Part shown: positions 52,806 through 60,983 of the stretch, in pieces | Numbering within the stretch: position 1 is the first letter of the stretch | Layout: every line of letters begins with the position of its first letter | From: a virus | Taxonomy: Duplodnaviria; Caudoviricetes | Virus record (IMG/VR): IMGVR_UViG_3300049198_000021 | Coordinates: 112,505 to 176,504 of that record | DNA: 64,000 bases | Direction: 5' to 3' (one strand) | Made by a program: the position numbers and the translations under genes | The notes under the pieces: generated by a model | Database searches by the model: none | What the model saw: the letters and a program-made list of their open reading frames with translations, nothing else | Told to the model about the DNA's origin: nothing

Positions 52806-52826
52806 TGTCAAGCGATAATGTCGGTG
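52806..52826 (-). promoter_or_regulatory. Promoter -35 with upstream CACCGACATT box
   Basis: TGTCAAGCGATAATGTCGGTG, a variant of the 40837/44643 21-mer. Confidence 0.6.
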
Positions 52827-53114
52827 TCAGCCGAAGATCATCTTTCTATATGCTGAGTTGTTTCCTCGGAAAACATACCCACTGGCACCACCGGCGGCAT
52901 GAGCTTCGTAGGAATCCCGGATGTGTTCCGGCAGGCTCTGGAATGGGAATCCGTGGCTGCCGTGGTGTGCTTCATAAAGCCCCTGTCCCTTTGTAGGAAC
53001 CCCGCGCATGTTGGCTCGGCATCGAAGTTGTTTGAGACGCAAGCGCTCAAGCTTTTCGAACCGGTTATCGGTGGTGGCGAGCATCCGCCAGAGGCTTTTG
53101 AATTTCAGGAACAT
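52827..53114 (-). CDS. Hypothetical protein
   Basis: Coupled start/stop. Confidence 0.45.
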   Translation of the reverse strand: MFLKFKSLWRMLATTDNRFEKLERLRLKQLRCRANMRGVPTKGQGLYEAHHGSHGFPFQSLPEHIRDSYEAHAAGGASGYVFRGNNSAYRKMIFG

Positions 53115-53437
53115 CAGTAGCCCGGAGCCGGGGTGTGCAGCAGACCATCCACATAGAGACGCGGAGTCTCAACATCGACCGACAGCACAGCGAACGAATT
53201 GTCGAGAGCCGAGGACGACATCGCGCACGGAGTCACGTTGTCTGTGATGTAGGTGATGGTCGCGATCGCGGCCCGTCCGGTGTATTGACCGTTCCGGGGA
53301 TCGAACTCGCGGAGCAACATCCGATCGCCGACGGCGTAATCCCGGTCACGCTTGTCTCGCATGTCGTGCTTCTTGCGTCCCACGATCATCTCACCGAAGA
53401 ACCACGGCCACGACTTCACTTCGTAATCATATTCCAT
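53114..53437 (-). CDS. DUF3850/ASCH-like domain protein
   Basis: VKSWPWFF..GRKKHDMR..DRDYAVGDRMLLREF..YTGR..ITYI. Confidence 0.75.
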   Translation of the reverse strand: MEYDYEVKSWPWFFGEMIVGRKKHDMRDKRDRDYAVGDRMLLREFDPRNGQYTGRAAIATITYITDNVTPCAMSSSALDNSFAVLSVDVETPRLYVDGLLHTPAPGY

Positions 53438-53625
53438 GTCATTTCCCTTCTTATTCGTAGTCTGCAATGATCTTGGCGATCTCATCTTCATTGTAGATGA
53501 CTTCGCATTCACACCCGCACTCCGGGCAGAAGCCTAGGTCCATCGGCATCGGCCGGGTGGGGTGTTCATTCAACTCGGTCAGGGGACCAATCCAACCACA
53601 CTGACCACATTCGGTGAACATCATG

Positions 53626-55434
53626 TCATCTTCCCATCTTCATTGTTGGTTCGATTCCATCCACACCTTCTTGGATCATCGAGATGCGATCGACGAGGGT
53701 CTGGATCGTCAAGGCGTCGATGGTGCCATCAACAACCAAGAAGTGAATCAGAACGTTGTGTTCGAGGCCGATCCGGTGGGCCCGGTCCTCGCATTGTTCC
53801 ATGTCTCCCGGCACCGACCACATCTCCACGAATACGACGACGGTGGCTTCCGTCAGAGTGTGACCGACGCCGCCGGCCTTGAGGTTGCACAGGATGACAT
53901 TGCATTCGGGATCGGGCTCGATCCTTGCATCCTTGTCACCTTGGAATCGTAGCTTCTCAGCTTCGACTTTCTTGGCACCCATCCCGCCGACGATCCGGGC
54001 GGCTGTGGGGAACTTGGCGTGAAGCTCCGAGATCACGTCCTTGTGGATCGCGAACACGATGACCTTCTCACCGGCGTCTACGAGCCGCTGGATGTGTTCG
54101 GCCGCCATCGGCACCTTGGACAGCGCGAGATCGCGGCGAGCCTCAGAGTAGGCCGCAAAGCCCGGCGCAAGCTCACCTACGTCGAGGTCGTCGATCTCAG
54201 GCGCATCGAAGCCTTGCGGCAGGATGGTAGCCATCGTGTCGAGGATGAGGGCCGGGTCAACTTCTTCGAGGACCAGCTTCTTGTTGTATTCGATCCCGGT
54301 GTTGGCCGCGTCGAGCATGGCGAGCGCATCGGTGAACTTGTCGCGCTCGGTCTTGATGGTTTTCTTCAAGCCCTCAGGTGGGAAGACGATCACCTGTCTC
54401 GTCTTGCTGGGTAGGTCTTTCAGAACGTTGCTCTTGAGGCGGCGGATCATGAACGCCCGGCGAAGCTTCTCGTTGAGTTCGGACAGGTTCGAACCACCGG
54501 TGGCTTGCAAGCCGAACGGAGACATCACACCATCGCAATACGTCATGGCGAAGTCTTCCCAGCACTTCCCCAGACCCTCAGGATCGAAGTCGCGGATCAT
54601 CGTCCACATATCCTTCGGCTGCTTCATCATCGGAGTCCCGGTGAGCATCAGCCGAATGTTCGCTGGCAGGCAAGGCAGCTTTCGGGTGCTTCCGGCTCGT
54701 TGCTTCATCCGCTCATATTTGCGCTGCCACTTCTGCGTCTTGGGATTGAAGAACCAAGTCCCAAAGATGGATTGGGTTCTCTTGGAGTTTCCGTTGGAGA
54801 GATACTGGGCTTCGTCACAAACCAAGATGTCCCAATGCTCTGCCCACAGCTTCTCCCGGTTCTTGTGGAGAATGTCGTAGTTGATGATGACGAAATCGGT
54901 ATCCGGAACATCAGAGCCGGCGGCGACGCCTACGGTGAGGTCCTTGTCCACCAGCCACTTCAACATCTCCTTGAGCCAGTTCAGCTTCAAGGTCGAGGGA
55001 CACACGATGATCCCGTTGGTCAGCCCGAGGTGGTTGATCAGGCCGATCGCTTGGATCGTCTTACCGAGGCCCGGACTATCTCCGATCAGTGTGTCATCAC
55101 GCTCAGCGGCATAGAGAATACCGGCCTTCTGGTAAGGTAAATAATCCAGCACATCCCCTTTGTGATTGACCAGATGCGGCCGGGCGATGTCCGCTTCGGC
55201 GAACATGGAATAAGAGGCGTTCATAGCCTCTTCCAGTTCGGTCAGCTTCGCATCCAGATCATCCCACAACTCATCCGAGTCAGCCCAGTCGATATACTCG
55301 GCCGCCTTGCGCCAGTCCGTGGTCGTATAGAACCGGTTGCGCCGATCAAATATCCAGCCGGCATCACGAAACTCAGCCCAGCGAGACTCGCGGGCAGTGA
55401 TGATGTAGCGATCGTGGGACTGAGAAAGTTGCAC
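53626..55434 (-). CDS. SNF2-like SF2 helicase / annealing helicase
   Basis: YQKAG, DSPGLGKTIQA, CDEAQ, LTGTP, MIRRLK, GVGHTLT, QCEDRAHRIG. Confidence 0.9.
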   Translation of the reverse strand: MQLSQSHDRYIITARESRWAEFRDAGWIFDRRNRFYTTTDWRKAAEYIDWADSDELWDDLDAKLTELEEAMNASYSMFAEADIARPHLVNHKGDVLDYLPYQKAGILYAAERDDTLIGDSPGLGKTIQAIGLINHLGLTNGIIVCPSTLKLNWLKEMLKWLVDKDLTVGVAAGSDVPDTDFVIINYDILHKNREKLWAEHWDILVCDEAQYLSNGNSKRTQSIFGTWFFNPKTQKWQRKYERMKQRAGSTRKLPCLPANIRLMLTGTPMMKQPKDMWTMIRDFDPEGLGKCWEDFAMTYCDGVMSPFGLQATGGSNLSELNEKLRRAFMIRRLKSNVLKDLPSKTRQVIVFPPEGLKKTIKTERDKFTDALAMLDAANTGIEYNKKLVLEEVDPALILDTMATILPQGFDAPEIDDLDVGELAPGFAAYSEARRDLALSKVPMAAEHIQRLVDAGEKVIVFAIHKDVISELHAKFPTAARIVGGMGAKKVEAEKLRFQGDKDARIEPDPECNVILCNLKAGGVGHTLTEATVVVFVEMWSVPGDMEQCEDRAHRIGLEHNVLIHFLVVDGTIDALTIQTLVDRISMIQEGVDGIEPTMKMGR

Positions 55435-55598
55435 AGATTATCCAGCGATATGGAAACGATGCTCTTCGAGAGAACCTTCCCATGTTGTGCTGATGCCCAC
55501 ACATTCCGGCATGATCATCGCATAGATACGATCAACCAAAGCTACCGCCGCCGGGTTGTCCGGGTCGTGACGGAGCGTGATGGTGTGATATGGGACGC

Positions 55599-56087
55599 TC
55601 ATCGTCCGGCTCGCAGACTCATCTCATACAAGACGTTGAGATCGAGATCGAGATCGAGAACTTCCACAAGCTCGTCGTTGATACACCACTTGGTGTGGAA
55701 AAAGTCGCCGATGTTGTTTGTGATGTATCGCGTGTCTTCCACTGACAATGCGCCAGCGTCGGCCAGCATGTCCAGAATCATAATCAGGAGTGATGTCTTG
55801 CCTGACATCTTGTCGGCCGAAACAGCAATGCTGAGACCGACCATCCGTGGCTCCCGAGCATTCAGCAGTTGCGCTTTTGTGGGAAACGGGCTGGCGTGCG
55901 GTGGGAAGTCATCGGCCTTGTTGGCATCAGTCATCTCCTCTTCGATCTCCATCCAGAACGGCTCGTAGTAGGCCCGCTCACGAGCGGCGAAGCGCTGAGC
56001 CCGGAGATCGTCTCGCATCTTGTCGCCGTAGGGCTTTCCCCGGCAGAGGTCTTCGATGTCCTGATCGGTTAAAGAAGCGATGTCCAT
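55599..56087 (-). CDS. Hypothetical protein
   Basis: AGGAG RBS before 56087; first gene of leftward arm. Confidence 0.55.
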   Translation of the reverse strand: MDIASLTDQDIEDLCRGKPYGDKMRDDLRAQRFAARERAYYEPFWMEIEEEMTDANKADDFPPHASPFPTKAQLLNAREPRMVGLSIAVSADKMSGKTSLLIMILDMLADAGALSVEDTRYITNNIGDFFHTKWCINDELVEVLDLDLDLNVLYEMSLRAGR

Positions 56088-56181
56088 AAGTTCTCCTGAT
56101 TCGGACACCAGCTAGACGATTTAGCTTGCACTGTCAATCTAAAATTGCTATGGAGATATTCATAATGTCGGTGAGCTATCA

Positions 56182-56400
56182 ATGAAGATCGTAAAAGGCA
56201 AGGTCCTGTCCTCCAGCCCCATCCTCACGGACTGGGATGAAGACACCTGCCTGTGTCAGGGCAAGGTCCCGGAAGACAAGCGGATCGATGTGGTAGAGCG
56301 CATCTACGACGAAAAGCGCGATAAGCACCGATGGAAGGTCTACGTCCGCTACCACCAAGACTGTCCCGTTCACGGGTGCCACCGCAAGGAGACTGCGTAA
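56182..56400 (+). CDS. Hypothetical Cys/His-rich protein
   Basis: CLC..HQDCPVHG; first gene after divergence point. Confidence 0.55.
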   Translation: MKIVKGKVLSSSPILTDWDEDTCLCQGKVPEDKRIDVVERIYDEKRDKHRWKVYVRYHQDCPVHGCHRKETA

Positions 56401-56573
56401 TGCCACGAGGTTTGAGCCCCACCAAGTGCAATGACATCGAGCGTGATGGGATCATCCCTGATGAATGTCGCTTTCTGAATCCGTCGCTGCACTTCTGCCC
56501 GAATTGGCAAGGTGCCCTCATCGATTCTTCCGATCCCGAATTTGAGCGTTGCGAATGTCCCAAGGCCAAGTGA
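56400..56573 (+). CDS. Small Cys-rich protein
   Basis: TAATG overlap, AAGGAG RBS; HFCPNW..CEC. Confidence 0.5.
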   Translation: MPRGLSPTKCNDIERDGIIPDECRFLNPSLHFCPNWQGALIDSSDPEFERCECPKAK

Positions 56574-56941
56574 TGACCTTAGAAGAAATCCATGACGCGT
56601 TGATCACCGATCACCGTGCGAATGGACCCGACGGTTGTTCGAACATCGATCGAATCAGATTTATCGGTGAGACCATGCAGCCTGAGGTGATCGACCTCAC
56701 GGTGGATTATGACTTCACCTTGGTGGTAGAGGAAGACAGCCCGATCTTGGTAGCTGCTGTGAAGCACCTAGCCCTACTGAAACTGGATTACATCAACCGG
56801 CTCTATGATCATTGCCACATGATGAAAGAGGTGTATGACGCTGAGGCAGCCAAGCTGATCCTCGCCGTGCGCCGCATCGACCACCACCTTTCCTATCTGG
56901 AAGACGGTCTCCCCACTCCTCCGTTCTCGGTCTTCTCCTAG
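56570..56941 (+). CDS. Hypothetical protein
   Basis: GTGA overlap. Confidence 0.5.
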   Translation: MMTLEEIHDALITDHRANGPDGCSNIDRIRFIGETMQPEVIDLTVDYDFTLVVEEDSPILVAAVKHLALLKLDYINRLYDHCHMMKEVYDAEAAKLILAVRRIDHHLSYLEDGLPTPPFSVFS

Positions 56942-57028
56942 TCTATTAGTTTTTCCACTTCTTTGTTGACAGTGGTCGCGAATCGTCTTAACTCGCGATT
57001 ACCGAAAGCAACAAAGGAGTGAAACACT

Positions 57029-57655
57029 ATGGCTATCAAGCGTGCCAAGACCTTCGATGAGAAGCAGTTCAAGCGCCTGCTTGCCCACATCGAAGCACAC
57101 AGCGTTATGCCGGTTCGCGATAAGCTGATCGTGGCTCTGTCATTCAAGGCTGGGCTGCGTGTCGGTGAGATCGCCAAGATCAAGCTGAGCGCGATGACCG
57201 ATGTCGAGGGTAATGTCGCCAAGACCATCAACATCTTTTCCGACGTTGGTAAGAAGCAGCGGATGCGTGACATCCCGATGAACCCGCTCATCAAGACCAG
57301 TCTGGAAGAGTTCCGCAAGGAATATCCGAACGCCAAGTTCGTCGCGATTTCCTCGCAGCCGTTCCGCTGGATTCTGGCACGGGGTCGTCCGATCCCGAAA
57401 GATGCTGAGTTCAATCAGATGTCCCCGGAAGCCTTGAAGACTTACTATCTCAAGATGCTCAAGTCGTTCGGCTTCGAGGGCGCATCCACTCACTCGGGTC
57501 GCCGAACTTTTGGCACCCAGCTTGCCCGAACAGCTAACGCTCACCACTGCTCGCTGCGCGACGTTCAGCAGTTGATGGGTCACGCCCGGATGGAAACTAC
57601 CGAAGCGTATATCGAACTCACCGAAGATGCTTCTTCACTGGTGATGGCCCTTTAA
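57029..57655 (+). CDS. Tyrosine recombinase (catalytic domain only)
   Basis: GLRVGE, K, HSGRR, MGH and Y catalytic residues; 208 aa; own TTGACA promoter at 56966. Confidence 0.92.
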   Translation: MAIKRAKTFDEKQFKRLLAHIEAHSVMPVRDKLIVALSFKAGLRVGEIAKIKLSAMTDVEGNVAKTINIFSDVGKKQRMRDIPMNPLIKTSLEEFRKEYPNAKFVAISSQPFRWILARGRPIPKDAEFNQMSPEALKTYYLKMLKSFGFEGASTHSGRRTFGTQLARTANAHHCSLRDVQQLMGHARMETTEAYIELTEDASSLVMAL

Positions 57656-57729
57656 CAAACTTTTTTCTTGACCAACTAGGTGGAGCGTCTTAGAGAACGA
57701 ATCACCGACAACAACTGGAGGATACAGAC

Positions 57730-58296
57730 ATGAAGAATGCAGTGAAAACCCCCACCCGTGGGCGTAACAAGATCGATCAGGCAGCCCTCGACGCTGCGAA
57801 CGAAGCCTCCAAGGCACTGAGCGAGAAGCAGCAGCAGGCCGCTTCCAAGCCCCGTGCCAAGGCGGCTCCCAAGACCAGCGCCAAGGCGACCACTGGTCTG
57901 GGCAATCAGAAGCAGACCGGTGCAGACGCGCCGGCGATGGAAAAGCAGGGCGCTTCGGCTTCCGGTAAGTCCGGTCCGGCCGAAGAGCTTCGCGGCGGTT
58001 CCAAGCAGGTGCTGATCACCGAAGCTGTGATGGTCGGACGTTCCGGCCGCCCGGCTGGTGTCGAGGAATACCCGTTCGGCGAGCTTCCGCCCGCCTACAA
58101 GGATGAGAACGGCCAGATCGTTGGTCTTTCGTTCTTCATCCCGATGACCGACAAGGCTGAGGGCAAGCTTGCTGCTGCCCGCAAGCGCCACAAGGGTCTG
58201 TTCTGGAGCCGCACGGTTTTCGAGCAGGTCAACGGCAAGGGCCCGAAGGTTGAAGGTCTTCGCATCTGGCGCGGCACGCCTGACATCAAGGCGTAA
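57730..58296 (+). CDS. Basic Ala/Lys-rich protein, possibly DNA-binding
   Basis: GGAGG RBS; YPFGEL..SFFIP..GLRIWR C-terminal domain. Confidence 0.6.
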   Translation: MKNAVKTPTRGRNKIDQAALDAANEASKALSEKQQQAASKPRAKAAPKTSAKATTGLGNQKQTGADAPAMEKQGASASGKSGPAEELRGGSKQVLITEAVMVGRSGRPAGVEEYPFGELPPAYKDENGQIVGLSFFIPMTDKAEGKLAAARKRHKGLFWSRTVFEQVNGKGPKVEGLRIWRGTPDIKA

Positions 58297-58305
58297 CGCT
58301 TCAAA

Positions 58306-58341
58306 CGGAAGGGCCGTCACGCAAGTGGCGGCCCTTTCCTT
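58306..58341 (+). terminator. Intrinsic terminator
   Basis: AAGGGCCGTCAC-GCAA-GTGGCGGCCCTT followed by TCCTT. Confidence 0.75.
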
Positions 58342-58409
58342 ATAGTGAGAGCCGAATTATTTTCGCTGACTGTCATTTTTATGTTGACATGGACAGCGAG
58401 AATCAGTAG

Positions 58410-58650
58410 TTCGGCCCTTCAACGTCAGTCCCATGGTTTCCCGAGGGGCAGGAACAGCCGGAGTCACTCTGACCCCGCAGCGTCGAACTTGGGCGCGAGC
58501 GAGTTATTGGCCGGTCTGGTGCGGATACGTTTCGTGTAAAGGGCGGGTAGAACGGGGGAAGCCCCGAGATCACCAGCCCCCAAACGATAGGCCAATCCAG
58601 CGCAAGTGGTCCTGTCACGCGGTAAGTCATGGAATATCTCGACGAGGTGC
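58410..58650 (+). ncRNA. Unassigned structured RNA candidate
   Basis: TTGACA at 58384; nested helices CCATGGTTT/AAGTCATGG, CAGGA/TCCTG, TTGGCC/GGCCAA, CTGGTG/CACCAG; no credible ORF. Confidence 0.45.
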
Positions 58651-58697
58651 TTCGATTAAGTGTTGACACGAATCGAATCACCTAATAGAGAGACGGA

Positions 58698-59535
58698 ACG
58701 CCAGCCTGATGGCGATAGTGTGGGGCAACTCACATAAAGGGGGTAAGGTCACATAACCCCGCCCGAAAGGGTCAATTCAGGCAAGTGCAGTCAGGTCCGC
58801 GAGGATCGCTTCTGGTAACAGGAGATAGACTGGAATGGGGCAGGGGCGCGTGAAGCGCACAGGGAGGGGCCGACGGTGCCTCCTAACGCCGGAGTAGAAC
58901 CCGGAGCCTGTATCTAACCCAAACCAACTCGATGATAAAGCACAAGGTCACGGGTTCGAGGCTTAGCGGCTGAGGGCGGTGGTCAATCTTGCAGGGTTCA
59001 CGTCCTGTCTGATGGTCTTGGTAGCTCTTAGCGGAGTGACGGATATGAGGCGACTAGCATTCCTTCGGCGGAAACGTCATGGGAACTAGGTGATAGCTCG
59101 TCTCGGTGGCTTGCACAATCTAGCTCAGTGGTAGAGCATCGGACGCTTAATCCGACGGTCGAAGGTTCAATCCCTTTGGTTGTTATCAAACGCAAAGATT
59201 GTCACGACTGCATGTGAAAGACGCCTAATGCCGTAGGGTTTACCCAATGCGGCCCGACCTGATCTCGCAAGGTGATGGTTGGTTGGTGGAAGAAGTTTCG
59301 TTGGGCCCGCAAGCCCTTAATGGCTGGAGACAGTCAGCGGAATCGAAACTGCCGAATATCATGCAGTGTCGTCGCTAATGCCAGCGACCCCGTGAGAACC
59401 GGGAAAAATAGGCGGCGTTGATCTGGGACCAGACTACCGCAAGGGGTTTGGTGGATAAGCCGGGAAAGTGACTCGCAAGGTCACCATAATCTGTGCGAAC
59501 GACGGATCGTGAAAGGCGTAGTCTCAGCCTGACAT
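58698..59535 (+). ncRNA. GOLLD-like giant structured RNA (about 840 nt) with embedded tRNA
   Basis: ORF-free; many GNRA-capped hairpins (GAAA, GCAA, GTAA, GCGA); internal tRNA; 3' end AAAGGCGTAGTCTCAGCC resembles my recollection of the GOLLD 3' domain; next to phage tRNA cluster; promoter TTGACA at 58663. Boundaries approximate. Confidence 0.65.
59114..59185 (+). tRNA. tRNA-Lys(CTT)-like, embedded in the GOLLD-like RNA
   Basis: TAGCTCAGTGGTAGAGC D arm, TCGGA-CGCTTAA-TCCGA anticodon arm (G33), GGTTCAATCC T arm; no encoded CCA. Confidence 0.7.
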
Positions 59536-59622
59536 ACATTGACTGGGGTGGTATGTAGCTCTTCGGAGTGAGGACCGGGATACCCCGCAGGCAACACCTG
59601 CCAATGTTTTTTTTTTTCGATT

Positions 59623-59792
59623 TCTATATTGGCCCAGCAAAGAAGGTTAGCTACCTTCTCCTCGGTGCCCGCAGGTCACACGATCCCAGCAATACTCGAA
59701 TGCAGACGGATCGTTCAAGCGCCAAAGCCCAGTAAGTCGAGCCGTGGCTTGTCGCATTGGGAGTCGCTGCAAACCCGCTGGGTCATTATAGA
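59623..59792 (+). ncRNA. Unassigned structured RNA A
   Basis: Closing stem TCTATATTGGCCCAGC/GCTGGGTCATTATAGA plus internal helices. Confidence 0.5.
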
Positions 59793-59810
59793 CATCGATT
59801 AGTTTTGGTT

Positions 59811-59952
59811 GGGATCACCCCGAGAAGGATACGGCCCCTAGGAGCCCTTCCTTATTTCGGTCAGGGTGTTTAGGTGATGGAATTGTTTGCGAGCCGGGTT
59901 GATCACCGAGTAGCTTTCCGTTTCAGGGGTTCGATTCCCCTCCTGATCTCCA
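59811..59952 (+). ncRNA. tRNA-like RNA B (T arm and CCA, expanded core)
   Basis: GGGATCA/TGATCTC closing stem, AGGGG-TTCGATT-CCCCT T arm, ends CCA; no recognisable D or anticodon arm. Confidence 0.5.
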
Positions 59953-59955
59953 GCT

Positions 59956-60091
59956 TCACTCGTAATGAAGCTTCTCAGCGGAATGTCGGCGGTCACGCGA
60001 CCTAACCGGCGATCCGTGTGTTTACACTGAACAGGCAGAAGGAAGGGCGTAGTGACCCCGGCCGAGCTTCGAGAGGCCCCATTACGAGTGA
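59956..60091 (+). ncRNA. Unassigned structured RNA C
   Basis: Perfect 12-bp closing stem TCACTCGTAATG/CATTACGAGTGA. Confidence 0.5.
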
Positions 60092-60093
60092 TC

Positions 60094-60209
60094 CATTTGT
60101 GATCGGGCTGGCGGCACCAGATAGGTATATGAAGCCGAGGTCGTCAGGCCCGGATAAAAACCGTGTATGGGTGTTGCTAGTGCTTTGGCCGCCGGCCTGA
60201 TCACAGATG
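60094..60209 (+). ncRNA. Unassigned structured RNA D
   Basis: 22-bp contiguous closing stem with three G-U pairs. Confidence 0.55.
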
Positions 60210-60211
60210 CT

Positions 60212-60343
60212 TCACTTGCAACAAGGACGACGGCTACGTTCTGATTATAGATGGTGGAGCCTTCACGGGCTAGGAAGCCATCAGCGATTGATCAGGATGG
60301 TGCTACCGGTGCTTTAAGTCGCCGTCTTCCTTGTTGCGAGTGA
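60212..60343 (+). ncRNA. Unassigned rod-like RNA E
   Basis: 16-bp closing stem, then GACGGC/GCCGTC, TCTGATT/GATCAGG, GATGGT/GCCATC and AGCC/GGCT helices separated by internal loops. Confidence 0.55.
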
Positions 60344-60435
60344 TGTTCGAATTGTTAGCGCCGCTCTGTCCGCAGGGCTGACCCGGCAGGTAACCAAGGG
60401 TCGTTCGAATATCCTCGCATTAAGTTCCTTCGGGA

Positions 60436-60650
60436 ACGCCGATTTATCAGCCGCGAAAGCTCAAGGGACACCTTGGGGGAGTTCGCTCAGTGGCTTTCAC
60501 CATGCACTTAACCGGGGTTGTGCCCGGAGCGGTGCTAGATTGAGAGCCGGGAGTGGGACAAGTAACGGACCAACTGATCCATACCCTACCGCCGGGCGCT
60601 TCTAATTCGGTGAGAATGGTGCGAAATGTAGTGGTTCGCACAATCGGTGT
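60436..60650 (+). ncRNA. Unassigned structured RNA F
   Basis: ACGCCGATT/AATCGGTGT closing stem followed by a T run; several internal hairpins. Confidence 0.4.
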
Positions 60651-60660
60651 AATTTTTTAG

Positions 60661-60689
60661 TTGACATTCGAATCGGATGTCGTTACACT
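60661..60689 (+). promoter_or_regulatory. Sigma70-like promoter of tRNA operon 1
   Basis: TTGACA-N17-TACACT. Confidence 0.85.
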
Positions 60690-60741
60690 TCGAGCTTCAA
60701 GACCGGGACGCCCCGGCTCACAAGGATTTTAGAGTTCCATC

Positions 60742-60834
60742 ATGTTCAACGTAGTCGCCATGAATAACCCAGCAGCACCGGCCATTATGGTCCCGGTCGT
60801 TGTGGCGTGCGTTGATGGAGGAACGAAGGTCTAA
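60742..60834 (+). CDS. Attenuator leader peptide 1 (MFNVVAMNNPAAPAIMVPVVVACVDGGTKV)
   Basis: 30-codon ORF between promoter and terminator; codons 3-22 are all N/V/A/M/P/I, the isotypes of the downstream tRNAs. Confidence 0.8.
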   Translation: MFNVVAMNNPAAPAIMVPVVVACVDGGTKV

Positions 60835-60864
60835 GACCTCCTCAGTATCAAGCAAGTCATTCCG

Positions 60865-60901
60865 ATCGGGGGCCATGGAAACATGGCCCCCGATTTCGTT
60901 T
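60865..60901 (+). terminator. Attenuator terminator 1
   Basis: Perfect 13-bp stem ATCGGGGGCCATG-GAAA-CATGGCCCCCGAT with a TTTCGTTT tract, ending 1 nt before tRNA-Pro. Confidence 0.85.
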
Positions 60902-60977
60902 CTAGGTGTGGGAAAGTTGGTAATCCGCCTGATTTGGGATCAGGAGACCGTAGGTTCGAACCCTACCACTTAGACCA
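60902..60977 (+). tRNA. tRNA-Pro(TGG)
   Basis: Cloverleaf, CCTGA-TTTGGGA-TCAGG, CCA. Confidence 0.92.
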
Positions 60978-60983
60978 GTTAAT

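Noticed and set aside
59607-59617. T11 and A11 homopolymers (also about 63872-63882) as phase-variation tracts
   Set aside because: Both are non-coding and outside promoter spacers; more simply a terminator tail and an UP-like tract, and their lengths may be sequencing artefacts.
60094-60209. SRP (4.5S) RNA
   Set aside because: GTCAGGCCCGG resembles part of the SRP motif, but the GNRA loop and AGCAG partner strand are missing.
58433-60641. Short ORFs in the RNA island (58433, 60018, 60447 and similar)
   Set aside because: No convincing RBS, atypical composition, and they overlap strongly paired RNA elements.
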